64,000 nt of DNA from Chiloscyllium plagiosum (GCF_004010195.1 NC_057718.1:64238744-64302743), one strand, 5' to 3'. Shown: positions 1-12,100, counted from the first letter of the stretch. The notes: generated by a model not told the origin, from the sequence alone. A program made the numbers and translations.

Positions 1-290
1 ACCTGCACCAGCCAATCCTGTCCCTGTTCTAGCCATGTCTCCGTAATAGCCACAACATCGAAGTCCCAGGTACCAACCCACGCTGCAAGTTCACCTACCT
101 TATTTCTTATACTTCTTGCATTGAAGTATACACACTTCAAGCCACTTTCCTGTTTACAGACACCCTCCTTGGAAATTGATGCCATGTTCCTAACCTCCCT
201 ACACTCCTGGCCCTGCACCCTGAAGCTACAATCTGGGTTCCCATGCCCCTGCAGAGTTAGTTTAAACCCCCCCCAAGAGCACTAGCAAAC
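1..290 (-). mobile_element. CR1 LINE fragment: ORF1 end and ORF2 endonuclease N-terminus, continues left of the window
   Basis: Minus strand translates LKCVYFNARSIRNKVGELAAWVGTWDFDVVAITETWL, typical of the CR1 APE domain. It is preceded by an ORF1-end-like FASALGG stretch. Confidence 0.9.
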
Positions 291-343
291 CAAATTTTAA
301 ATTTTGGCATTTAAAATTACACAACACATCACATAACGGGTAC

Positions 344-501
344 ATTCATTGTTGATGATTGCAAGTGTTGAAAACATTCTCCCTCGGACCAATTTCAAAT
401 AATGGACTCTGGCATTCCTATGCCTTTTAACACTTCAGCAACACTAAACTGTGTTTACTGGGCACTCCACAGAATCAACCTTCTTCCAAACAAATGGAAC
501 A
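344..501 (-). pseudogene. Candidate decayed exon E of the unannotated minus-strand unit
   Basis: AG at 502-503 and GT at 342-343, both weak. A phase-1 join to exon D reads (V)FHLFGRRLILWSAQ*TQFSVAEVLKGIGMPESII*NWSEGECFQHLQSSTMN. Confidence 0.3.
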
Positions 502-2704
502 CTGCCAATACATATTAATCTCACAGATTAATACAGAATGTAACCATCACAACAACAGAAAATGGTGCCTTCATCACAACAATCATTTTGATTCACAGAC
601 AAGAAAATAATACAACAAAGCTCTTTCAAGAAACATTACTCTAATTGATGGATAATCGAATAGGGAACTAAGTAGAACGCATTACCCCATAGCAAATAGA
701 CTTCCAATATTCCATCATATATTTATCAAGGGCTGAAATTATACTGTACTTTTTAAAATCAATGCTGTATCAAATAAAGTACATTCACAAACAGAAATCC
801 AGTAATAACATGTGAATACTGATGTACCACCCTGCCCCTATCTGAAGCCAAAGATGACCTAATGTACAAACCAAAAATATAAAAATACAACCTATATCAT
901 TAATGTTTAGTAGGAAATGGCAGAAACTGCTTGCTATTAAGTCACAAAAGCATCTGATTTAGATAATAAATGAAACTAGAGTAATAACCAATACACACAA
1001 TTGCTAGGATCAATCAATATCCTGAGCACATGTGCCAATTGTCTTTGCTGGAGATGGGCAGTCAGTGCCTAGTCTGCTTTTCCAGATTGGGAACCAGGCT
1101 CCCCACATGTCCACCAAAGTCTCTGACCTATCCTGGAAGCCAGCCTCCTGTTATTGCTTCTGCTCCATGTGACTGGAGTGATGCTGTAACACCATAGGTA
1201 GGAGCCTCCTATCATCAGGAGTTGCAGCGGGTAGCAGCCAGAGAGTGACATTTGGATACAGCATTGCTGAAGGAAGTGCTGTGCAGGGTGGTGCAGAAGA
1301 TCTCCAGTACGAACTGAACCGATGATAGACAGAATTGACGTCCATTGTGGCAGAAAATAGGGTGAAGGAGAGGGCCAGGATAACTGAGTGGAGGAGATGG
1401 AGATTTCTACCTTAAGTTAAGGTAAGGGCAGCATGAACTCGTTTAGGGGAGAGAAGTAGCCAAAGTGACTGGCACCAAAATATGGATAGCAGGAATGAAC
1501 TGCTCAGCATGAAAAAGGCTGTTGTGTCAGACAAGCTGCTAACTAAACAAAGACTGTCATCATGAATGAGGAGTGGGCAATATATATGTTTACAATCAAA
1601 ATCCTGGGTAATCTTACGTAAAGATTCTGAACAAACAGCTCCCAGGATCCGCTGAGCAGACCAAGAAAGGCACTGCATTGGGATAGCATGGGTTTTAATT
1701 TTTATATTTGCAGACCACTTCATGAGATGCTCGTAGGCCCAAATGAATTAATTTACACCATGGAATTTGCTATTAGTAGATCTTCGATTAAACAAAACAT
1801 TTCCCTTCTCAAGAACCGATGATTTGCTGCTGATAAAAAAATTTCAATAAATATGGTTACTGCCAAAATGCCATATATTGCACAGTTTTTAAAAGAAAGT
1901 AAAATTTTCAATGAAGATTAATGCCATGCCCATGTTCACTGTAAATTTCAAAGTTTTGGCAAATGCAAATAAACCATCAAAAAATGGACACTCTCTGGAT
2001 GGAGGAGGTAAAGGAAGCTGACATTAAAACCTTCCACTGCTCCCTAGCTTAGTCGTAAAACAATCCTATTCCTTCATCACATTCCAGGCTATCATGTGTA
2101 TGGGTTTCCTCCTGTCCAATAGGAGTGATGACATGTTAAATATAATTGCAACTTCCTATATTTCACCATCCTTTCAGATGAGTTACATTTTCATGTTATT
2201 GGCTTTCAAAATATCAGTTTCCTTCTGCAGCTTGCAGCTGTTAGTCAGCCTTTGCTGATAATGGATTGCAAAAGCTGCATATATATCAGTACTATCAATG
2301 GCTTTACCTTATAATTTTAGCCAAAATGTTGTTACTTGCACATTGTGATACCAGTCTGGAGTATCTGAGGCTGCACATACTGTCCTTCTGGCTGCTGCTT
2401 CTTATCTTTAAGTAAGGCTCGTTAATTCCTTACACACTGTAACACACCCTTACTGACATCTGTACATAATAAGTTCTTAACTACAGCTCTCCCATGTAGT
2501 GACAAGACCTCATTCTTCATAAGCTCATTCAAGATCAGTTTCTCCTCTCTTACTGATTTCAGAATCATGTAATCAGAGACAGCATCATGATTTCTGTGAA
2601 TCTCATTATGCCACATTGCTTGTACCACGTAGACATTAAGATACCATCACAAAACCTCCATCACAGAAATGCAACTTCATGAAAATAACAAACAAGAATG
2701 ATAA

Positions 2705-2843
2705 AATCCCTACAGCCATTTGGCCTATTAAAGTCACACTGACCTTCCAAAAAACATCCTACCCAGACCCACACCATCCCTGTAAACCTGCATTCCCCAT
2801 GGCTAATCCACCTAGCCTGCACACTCTGGACGCAATGGGCAAT
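2705..2843 (-). mobile_element. HE1/V-SINE 3' fragment
   Basis: Matches the 3' part of the HE1-like copies at 43875, 46835 and 52500 (catggctaatccacctagcctgca). Confidence 0.65.
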
Positions 2844-2914
2844 GACTTTTCATCTTTTACTTAAATAATCTAACTTTGGGATTGCGAAAATGTATTTTAT
2901 CGATCTAGGATTCA

Positions 2915-3072
2915 ACAAAAAAGACATCTGAATGGGTATGTGAATAGGAAGGGTTGAGGGGGATATGGGCCAAATACTGGCAAATGGGACTAGATTAATA
3001 TAGGATATCTGGTCAGCATGGATGAGTTGGACCAAAGGATCTGTTTCTGTGCTGTACATCTCTATGACTCTA
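2915..3072 (+). mobile_element. CR1 (HER1-like) LINE 3' end
   Basis: gaataggaaggg...ggaccaaaggatctgtttctgtgctgtacatctctatgactcta tail, shared with many copies in the window. Confidence 0.85.
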
Positions 3073-3167
3073 AGCTCAGTTAATGATTTTGCATACTGAA
3101 ATGCCGCTTAATTATTGTAACATCAGTTTAAACTAGAAACTGTCAGAAACTCTTTCCTTAATACACC

Positions 3168-3285
3168 TTTTTTTGATTTGGTCGTGGCATGTGGAGGTGA
3201 CTAAACGGGAGAGCACTTATTGCCCATCCCTAGTTGCCCTTCAGAAGATGATGGCAAGCTGCCTTCTTGCATTGCTGCAGTCAGA
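3168..3285 (-). mobile_element. 3' end of a second LINE family (L2/Crack/Daphne-like)
   Basis: gcacttattgcccatccctagttgcccttcagaag, the same tail as at 35755, 42755 and 53350. Confidence 0.6.
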
Positions 3286-3568
3286 GCTAATTCGTTTATT
3301 CTATCTAAAACAACATTTTGCTGCAATTTATGGACGACAAAGTCTGTGCAGATGTGACTGAAGAAGCTTTAATTGCAGCCCCCAGGCACACATTAGGTGA
3401 AAAGAGACCTTCTTCCTGACTTGACACAGCCTATCAGTGTCCTATAAGGTCTATCAGTTTTCAGCTAATCAAGACACCAATGTGTCTTATTCCTCTCTTC
3501 ACTTAAGGACGGACTGGTTTTGTCCTTTCATTCCACTGCCCGAGAGGGAAGGTGAGGTTTACGTCCCT

Positions 3569-3582
3569 GTTGCTCTGGCAAC
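3569..3582. promoter_or_regulatory. Canonical RFX X-box
   Basis: GTTGCT-CT-GGCAAC fits GTTRCY(N0-3)RGYAAC and lies in non-repeat DNA. Function is not shown. Confidence 0.4.
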
Positions 3583-4011
3583 ACTGAACACCATGGAGGC
3601 CAGCAAATAATGCTTCTCTCCTTCAGGCAGAAATTACTTTGTCATTTTCAGGGTGCACATTGTTGGGCCTTTTAATAAAACTGAGAAGTAGACAAGCGTC
3701 TGTTTTACAAATGTGTGGCATATTATCAAATATAGATGTTCTGAGCTATTTAAAAATACAGCAGATAAACTAAGTTTAGTTCCCTAGAAACTCTCATGTT
3801 TCCCCCTTTCAGGCTCTCTACAGAGTTAATCTGTTTTACTTCCATTGAGGAAAGAACAATGTGCAGTGGCTTTCACCAGTTTAAAAACAAAGGCAAGAGC
3901 TGAATAAGAAGGAAATGTTGTCATGAGTTTCCATGACAAAGTACTTAACCATGTTTCTTTGTCTTTTTGAAGAATAACTGTTGTGACATAGTGCAGTGTC
4001 ATACATTATAC

Positions 4012-4183
4012 CTGAGAGATGAAAATCTTGTACTAGAAAGGCCAACACACACTTAGCAACAATAGGACCTCAAAGGTCTGATATTGTGCAGCACCGATAT
4101 CTAAACATGGGAAGATTTGGTTTACAGTGTGGATATTAAAACAAAAGTTGGTAATCTGTCTTATAAAATACTTGCAAATTGGA
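4012..4183 (-). pseudogene. Candidate exon D (172 nt) of the unannotated minus-strand unit
   Basis: Strong acceptor tttttttctccccag and donor cag|gtataa. Frame 0 reads SNLQVFYKTDYQLLF*YPHCKPNLPMFRYRCCTISDL*GPIVAKCVLAFLVQDFHLS. Confidence 0.45.
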
Positions 4184-4834
4184 CTGGGGAGAAAAAAACC
4201 TTCATTAACATTAGATTCATTCTCATAAGAAAAAAAATCAAAACCGCAAATGCTGAAAATGAAATAGAAACATAAGATGCTAAGATGCATGGAAGAATTT
4301 AATTTATTTTAGCCTTTAAAGTAGTATTATAAAAATAGAACGGTGGCAAATGCAAATCTATCAGATCCTGCAAGAATCAACTGATGTGCTCTGCACTGAC
4401 CCCTTTGGTACGTGTAAATTTAATAATTTCTGTTTAAGATGGTAACAATGGCACTTGAAATATTTTCAGTGCTAATTTTAGATTAGTGTCTTTCAGACAT
4501 TCTTGAATTTCTGGATAGTAATTCCAAAAAGCTGGGCCCCTTTGTGCCCCTTTTAAGATCCAATTTCCATCCTGCTTCTTTATTATTCTAAACTATTGAA
4601 TTTGTAGCTTTCTTTTTTCTTCTTTCACTGTTTTTATCTACATTCTCACATGCTTTCTCTCCACAGATGATGTCATTATTACTGAACATTTCCAACATTT
4701 ACTGCTATTATTTCAGATTTCCAGCATTGGTAGTGTTTTGATTTTGTGCTGCTAAAGTTCTGCTCTGTTATACTTTAGTATGGATGAGCACATTCAAGAG
4801 GACAGGCAGGAAAGGGGCACCAAGAAAAGAAAAG

Positions 4835-5760
4835 CTTGTATTTATATATAGAACTTTTAATATAGAAAAATCTCTCAAACTACTGAAGCATAATCAAGCA
4901 AAAATCAACAAATCAACAAGGAACATAAGGAGAAAGTGGGGACTGAAGAAGCTGGAGATCAGAGTCAAAAAGTGTGGCTCTGGAAAAGCACAACTGGTCA
5001 GGCAGCATCCAAGGAACAGAGGAGTCGATGGTTCAAGCATAAGTTCTTCATCAGCAATGTTGAGTGACTGAAAACTTGGAATGGGCTGTGTTTTAAGGAC
5101 AACCTTAAAAGGAAAAAAAAGGAAGTTGAGAAATGGGCCATAAAGTGAGAAAATTAGAGAGCTTGGAGGCTTAGCAATTGCAGATATAGACACCAAGAAG
5201 CAAAGGGATCTCTGGATGCACAAATGTCAGTTGGAGGATTTGAGTACTTGAGAAGGTTACAGACATAGGAACGTGTAAGACCTTAGATGGATTTGAGTGT
5301 GGTGATGAGATTGTCAAATCTGAAGTGTTGGAGATTGAGAACCAGTAATAAGAAAACAGTGGGGTAATGTGTAAATAGCATTTTGTGCAGGTTAAGATAT
5401 TATCAGCAGAGTTTAAAATAGCGAGTTTTGAGAAGATTTGTAGCTCAGGTTGAAGTTCTGGGTTCAGCTCAGCGAGCAAACCTACATCCATGAAAGTGAG
5501 CAGTCCAAAGTTTAAAATGAGCTCAAGCCGATGGAGGACAAAGGATGCAGGACATTGGAATAGTGATTTTCTTTTAGGTAACAAGGCAAGAAATAGGATT
5601 TTAGCAGTGCAGCAGCGGAAAAGCCAAGGCAGATCAAAGAAGAGTGATATTAAGAAGGTGATTCTTGTAATGGGGATTGCACAGCGTCAGAAAGCCAACC
5701 CAGGATCAAACGGGACAATGAGCTTGTGAATTGTCTTATTCAACTCAACTCAGTTTCCAG
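4835..5760 (-). mobile_element. Degenerate L2 LINE 3' portion with two Penelope-derived inserts (~4935-5060, ~5422-5492)
   Basis: ttgtatttatatatag L2-type tail followed by purine-rich antisense L2 body. The inserts match Penelope termini elsewhere in the window. Confidence 0.55.
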
Positions 5761-6599
5761 GCAGGGGCTGGATGTCACACAGAGAACAAAGAGGAAAATT
5801 GTGTTCGGGTGGGAAAGAGAGTGATTGGGCTGGAATGTGGGTAAGGGGTAGATGGAAAATTCAAGACTTTCTTGGGGGAAGTGTATCCTCTCCCATTCCA
5901 GGTGGCCTACAGGGAATGCTGGAAAAGCTATGCAGCTTGTAGAGCCTGCAGTTCTCATCTTCCTGACAACACTTAATAAAAGCACAGGGTTAGTTAGTAT
6001 CTTTAATTAAGCATAGAGTGACTGACCACTGAGAAATATTCAGCTAATCAGAAGCAAAATAAATTTGTGAAGGGTAGGTGATGCCTGATGAATCTGACTG
6101 AACTCTTTAAAGGGGTAACTGATGTAGTGGGGACCAGGAAAAGTCTATGTCTGTTATTTAGGTAACTTTCAGAAAGTATTTGATGAGGTCCATCATAAGA
6201 GACTTTAGACATAGTTGATACTCATGGAAATGAGAGGGAGGTGAGAAGGGTCAGACACAGGACAGGGATTAGCTTTCAGAGGACACATTCCTGCCTGCCA
6301 TCCATGTATCTGACTGCTAGAAGATTGGGACTATGGATAAGCTGCCTCACAACGTTGCCATGGTTTCGAAGTGGGGAAACTAGTCATTGTTTTTGCCTGC
6401 TCGGGAGCCAAATAATCAGTGAGTTAGTGAGTTGAGGCCCATAAAGGGCCATTAATTGATTACTTAAAGTCCTTAATTGCTGGCATTCTCATGCCCACTA
6501 GACCATCTCACCCAGCACTTTTGCTTAGGGGGAGAAAAGGAAGTGAGTTTCTCTCCAGGGCCGACTCACCCAATTATTTTCCCTTCTCATGACTCAGTT

Positions 6600-7285
6600 G
6601 CCACCTCCAGGTCCGCTGCCTCCGCACAAGGTGCGAAACCTGCACCCACACCTACCCGTAACCTCCATCCAAGGCCCTAAAGGAACATTTCAAATCCAGC
6701 AATGATTTTTCTGCACATTCTCCCACCTCATTTACTGCATCTGTTGCTCTTGATGTGGTCTCCTCTACACTGAGACAACCAAAAGTCAACTTGCAGAGTA
6801 TTTCAGGGAACACCTTTGATCCACACAGACCAAACAGCCCTACCGCCCAGTGGCCAACAACTTCAACTCCCCCTCACTCATCCCCAAGGAAATACAAATC
6901 CTGGGCCTCCTCCACTGCCAAATTAAAGTCACCTGCTGATTGGAGGAAGAACGCTTCATCTTCCGACTCAGGACTCTACAACCAAACAGCATCAGCACTG
7001 ACTTCACCAATTTCTAAATCCCCCACCTCCTCCTAGATCCAACCCTCTTGACCTGTCCATCTTCCTGCCCACCTATCCACTCCATCCTTCCCACTGATCT
7101 ATCAATCACCTCCTACCTGCATCCACCCATTTCTTTCCCACGTACCTTTACCCCAGCCCGAGCCCCACCCCTACTTACCCCTCAGCCCCCTTCCCTCTCC
7201 ACATTCCTGATGAAGGGCTTATGCTTGAAAGGTTGACTCTCCTTCTCCTCAGATGCTGCTGACCTGCTGTGCTTTTTCCATCTTC
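6600..7285 (+). mobile_element. Penelope-like retroelement 3' part (GIY-YIG remnant plus terminal repeat)
   Basis: Translates TSIQGPKGTF...HLIYCICCS*CGLLYTETTKSQLAEYFREH, followed by a C-rich tail and a ctgatgaagggc hammerhead-like motif at 7207-7234. Confidence 0.85.
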
Positions 7286-7739
7286 AGAGAGGAAAAATAT
7301 GCCCAAAGTCTCACATTGCTGGTATTGTACTATGTTAGGACCACACTGTTGGGGCAATGCAGCAGGACATCTACTGACTATCGGGTTTGTGCCGAAATAA
7401 AGGACTCACTATTAGTATATAGCACCAAATTAAAGGGAGAAAAGTCAATTTGCCTATATAAAGGTTGATGCACTTCAAAGTTTTCGGTTAAGAAAATACT
7501 TTGAGATACATCTGTAAAATACTAGTGTTTCTAGCTTTTCACTTCTCACTCAAATCTGGCTTCCTTTACCTGAATGAATACCCAATAGTTGTACCATAAG
7601 GAAAGCTTTAAGTACTGATCACTTTATTTCCACTATATTTCCATACCGACATCCTGGCCGGAAATATGCTGCTGGATTGCAGAAGACCAATAGTCATTAC
7701 TTGGAAGGTTTATCACGTAATTGAGGTGATGGGTTTTAC

Positions 7740-7837
7740 CTGTTTCTTGTGTTGAGGTGGAAGGTATGCATCCAAGAGAGAAGGAAAGGTGCTTTTTTTA
7801 TGAGTAGACATTTGTAGGTGGGGAGAAACCAGGACAG
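7740..7837 (-). other. Candidate exon C (98 nt) of the unannotated minus-strand unit
   Basis: Acceptor atttatttcattacag and donor cag|gtaaaa, with an alternative donor cag|gtaaag at 7568-7569. Frame 0 is open: LSWFLPTYKCLLIKKAPF... Confidence 0.45.
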
Positions 7838-8660
7838 CTGTAATGAAATAAATATTAGATAAGTATAAACTGCAGGATTAGAGTGGGTATTAGGAAAATG
7901 GGAAACAATCAGCTGGAACACATGGCTCCTCTTAGCAGCCATGTTTTCATGCATTTTAACTTTTCTCTAACTCTTCTGTATATGATTTTCATTTTTTGCT
8001 GTATCCAAACAATCATTCATGGCATGTATGCCATTGGAAAAAAGTCAGTATTCATCCAGGCAAGTGGAGAATATTTCAGAGAATATGTACAGAATTCCAT
8101 CTTTGACCTCCTTCTAGAGCCACTATATTTATATGGATGATCTAATTCAGTTTCTAGTCAATGGTAGCCCCCAGAATATTGGTGGAGATGTGGATGGTTC
8201 TCTTTCCCTTCTGTTTTCCTTTCTCTATCCACTTCTTTAGTTGAGAGTTCGTGCATGGCACAGTGTGATATGGTATAGTGATGTGGCATAGCATGGATTA
8301 CATTATCTTGTGTATCATGACATATTGTGTTTGGGTGTGTTGTGGCTGACAGGGAAAGGAAGAATTGCCATCTGCTTTAGAAGTCTGATTTGTGAGGAAT
8401 TAGTGGCTCTTGGCAGAGTTTAATTTTAGAACATCCAAGCCAAACTAGCCAGCAGTGCCTCATAACAAATGTTTTGTTAAGTGCATTTTAAGATGTTGGA
8501 TTCAATTACACAATAGCCACCAATTTCAGGTGTGCACTTGAGGAAAACCTATTTAGACAAAGTTATTTTTTATTGAGCATCAAATCATATTTGGAAATAA
8601 TCGGCTCGATATGCAATATGCCTCTTATTTGATATTATAAAGATAAAAGACAAACTGTAC

Positions 8661-8697
8661 CTCAGGAGTTGTGTCCACTGTCGCCATGTCAGAAAGC
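8661..8697 (-). other. Candidate exon B with start codon (MATVDTTPE)
   Basis: Acceptor cccccctcatttacag, ATG at 8687-8685 in strong Kozak context gacATGG, donor GAG|gtacag. Confidence 0.55.
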
Positions 8698-8841
8698 CTG
8701 TAAATGAGGGGGGAACGTGTAATGGGTGAAAGGGGAGTAAAAATAAAACTCAGGGATGACATCCAAACATTCCGCCAAACAAAGAGAAAATAACCAAAAC
8801 AACCCAATATATAGCATTTCGGTGCCTCAATCAGTACTTAC

Positions 8842-8920
8842 CCAAAGAAGATCGGAACAGTCAACTTCTGAGAGTGTTGTTGCTCTGGGTGACTGGAGAC
8901 GCTGTGCTGAGAGGATCCCA
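8842..8920 (-). other. Candidate non-coding first exon A (TSS approximate)
   Basis: Consensus donor tgg|gtaagt at 8841-8836, a 144-nt intron to exon B, and a locally CpG-enriched context. Confidence 0.5.
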
Positions 8921-9300
8921 CCCTCCGCCCACAAAACGCCGTGACGAGTTCCACTTTTGGTTTTAAAGCGAATGGTATTAATAGTTCTGCAGCAGGTAAT
9001 AGGTGGGTCCCCAGCACTTCAGTTCCCAGCCGCTGCTGTCTATAGATGAGACACAATATTCGCATTCCGGTTTGTGCTGGGGAATTACTTGGAATCCTAC
9101 CAAAAACGCTTCATGCTGCCCTGTATTTTCCTGTTAGAGCCTTTCACAATTACGTTGGGAGGACTCGCCACCCTCATTGTAAGCGTTATTCTACAGGACT
9201 GTATATTCCAGTCTCTCTTTTACTTAACCATCCACGACAAATTTTAAGACGAAAAATGTCCCTGTGAAAATGGCTGCTGAAACAAAATCCCGAAGACGGT
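8875..9300. promoter_or_regulatory. Putative promoter with mild CpG enrichment
   Basis: X-box-like GTTGCT-CTG-GGTGAC at 8879-8893, GC box ccctccgccc at 8921-8930, CRE half-site TGACG at ~8942, YY1-like AAAATGGC at 9267-9274. CpG density is visibly above the flanks. Confidence 0.5.
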
Positions 9301-9369
9301 AATATTACACAAGGTTAGATGTGCTTCTTTCAACTTAAAAATCTACACAAAACTCTGCTCGATAATGGA

Positions 9370-9570
9370 CAGGTTGGGTGACCACCCTAGAGGACACACT
9401 CAGTGTCAGCATAACTCCCAGCTACCAGGCACCTGTTACTTTAATTTTCAACTTTGCTCTCACATTGACCTCTCTGGCCTTAGCTTTCTGCAGTTTCCTA
9501 ATGAAGCTCAATCCACGTTCCGGGAAGAGCACATCACAGCCATTTTAGAGTATGGCCCATAGAGTTTGTG
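9370..9570 (+). mobile_element. Old Penelope-like GIY-YIG C-terminal relic
   Basis: RLGDH...CYFN...CSHIDLSGLSFLQFPNEAQSTFREEHI resembles the C-terminus of the 6600-7285 element. Confidence 0.55.
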
Positions 9571-10510
9571 CTATCTCTCTCCAAATCAATCTCGGCAGTC
9601 TCATTGCCCCACACTATCCCATTGGTTCTGTAAGTTTAGTTCCCTCAAGCATTCATCCTGTTCTTTTTGAAATCATTTATCATCTATTTTCCACCATCCT
9701 TACAGGCAGCAAGTTCCAGCTCATTACCACTCTGTGCATAAATATGTTCTTCACACATCTTCACTTTAAGACATTGTCCCCTTGTTTTTTATACAGCTGT
9801 TCTTTACCTACTATATCCAAATCTGTCATTATCATAAATCCTTCATCAACCTTTACTCCAAAGAGAAAGCCCAATTTCTCCAACCTAAACTTGGACCAAA
9901 ACCCCTCGCATCTGAATTCATTCTGGGAAATCTACTCTGAACTGCAATATACAAGTTGTGGCCTAATCAGATCCTTATAAAGGTTCAACATAATACCAAA
10001 ATGTGCATTTGGAGCCATGACCGGTGTTCACACGTTTGCAAGGTGGTTGAGACATTTCCAAGTCATGATGACAGGTTTTGCAATCATAGTTTACAAAAGG
10101 GAAAAAAATGGTTTAATTTTTCCAATTTAGAGGTAAAGGATTAGAAGTTATTTTGGGACCATTACATCAAGCAAAATGACTAAGGGTCTGCAGCAAAAAG
10201 TGCACTGATAAGTGTTGCGAATGGGTTTTCGAACCCTGGAGTAATATTATGATGATATCACAGAGCTGCTCCTCAATGGGGAGAAATAGCAACTTTTGGG
10301 CAGTCAGAAAAAGAGAGAAGCATATAGAGTAGACTAACAAGCATTAGGCAATAGAATTCACAGAATTTTCTTGCAATGATGGAGCTGTTAAATTAGAGCC
10401 TGATAAATCTTTGATGAGCAGGTATTGTAGTATTTAGTCTTAATGCCTAATAAACTGTTTATAAAGACGCCCAATCCTGAAGACAGTTCTTGATCTTGCC
10501 TTCTCCTCAA

Positions 10511-10537
10511 TCTGTCTGTCTGTCTGTCTGTCTGTCT
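10511..10537 (+). repeat. (TCTG)n microsatellite
   Basis: About 6 tandem TCTG units. Confidence 0.95.
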
Positions 10538-10599
10538 TGAACCCAAACTTATGGATGTGGGCATAACAACAAACAAAAGAAAGAACAACAGATTTCTTG

Positions 10600-12100
10600 C
10601 CCAATTAAAATATAATAAAGTAATTGTCTACTGACACACTCAACATGAATCAAATGAGACAACTGGGCAATATTGCATGCAACTTAGGCAATTAGCAAGG
10701 AACTGCGTCTTTGATAACATTGAACATCAGGAAGTCAAAAAAAACACAAATTATTGAAGGCTCTCTCTCCAGTCAGAAGCACCTGACAATGACAGAAGGC
10801 TGTCAGAGCTGTTATAGAGTCAGAATTACACAGAAAAAAAACAGATCATTCGGTCCAACTTGTCCACTCAGACCAGATATTCTAAACTGATTTGCCAGCA
10901 TTTGACCCATATCCCTCGAAACCTTCCTTGTTCATGGACATCCGACTCTACATTGGCCTCCACAACCTTCTCTGGTATATACGCAGCAACCTCTGCATAA
11001 AAAAGTTGCCCCTCAGGCCCTTTTTAAATCTTGCCCCTCACCCAGGGAACAGATCTTGACTATTAACCCCTTAGCCTCCGACGCTGCAAGGAAAAAAAGC
11101 CCAGATTACCCCAAAGCCCAAACCCTCTAATCACAGCAACATCCTTGTAGATCTTTTCTGAACCTTTTCAAGTTTAAAAACATTTTTCCTACAGCAGGAA
11201 GACCAGAATTGAATACAGTATTCTAAAACTGGCCTCACCAATGTCCTGTACAGTTGCAACATGACGTCCCAACTCCTATACTCAATGCATTAACCAATGA
11301 AGGCAAGCCTGCCAAATGTCTTCTTCACCAACCTGTTACCTGCAACTCCATTTTCAAGGAACTATGCACCTGCACCCCTTGGTTAGAGATAACAAGATCA
11401 CTATCACTTTCAATGTCTAGAGTTACTGAAGTTGAGACAGTCAACAGTAACTAACACACAGCAAATTCAACTCCTGTGAACACTGTCCATTGCTTAAATG
11501 CCAGGAAACCAGCTGCATAGCAACATCAGCAATCTCATAGGATTGAGCGTTTGGCAAGGAATGTTTCCACTGTTGCAATGCTGACCCATATACTATAGTG
11601 TCCTACTCCTGGTGAACAGTGTAACATTTGTGGGAAAATGAACCACTTTTCTCATCAGCAAAAGCAACTTCTAAGATTAATATCAAGAGAAGGGCATCAC
11701 ATATGCATGCCACATCAAAAGGATGAGAGAATATCGCCAATGTAGAATCAGATGACTCTGAATATACCTTTGTGCTCTCTTTCAGATGCAGCAATCAGCC
11801 AGGTGTGATAATCATTGTTGGCTACGAGGAAGTGAGTACTCCATAGGTACAAGAGCACTTGTCAATGTCACAGGGCACAAATGTTCAACAAACTTCAGAA
11901 GTGCCCTATTCTCTGCAAAGCTGGGCATATGAAAATTTTCCACTGCAATAGTGACAAATCACTGAATGTTTTCAGGACTTTTGAAACACGAGTCTCTTAG
12001 AAAGCCAATACAACAAACGCTGTATCCGACATCATTATGTCTTACTGGAAGAATGACTTGCTTATCAGTTTCCACACAGCAACAGATCTGACAGCATAAC
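10600..12100 (+). mobile_element. Degenerate Gypsy LTR-retrotransposon gag/protease relic, split by a CR1 insertion
   Basis: 10638: TQHESNETTGQYCMQLRQLARNCVFDNIEHQEVK (gag). 11553-11652: GKECFHC...CPTPGEQCNICGKMNHFS (gag zinc knuckle). ~12060: LISFHTATDL (protease-end-like). Confidence 0.7.
10815..11380 (-). mobile_element. CR1 (HER1-like) 3' fragment
   Basis: Reverse complement of the shared CR1 tail and ORF2 C-terminus (ggcctcaccaatgtcctgtacag). Confidence 0.85.

Noticed and set aside
1069..2628. Short minus-strand ORFs as further exons of the unknown gene
   Set aside because: No convincing splice-site pairs or recognisable homology. They may be old repeats and are left unassigned.
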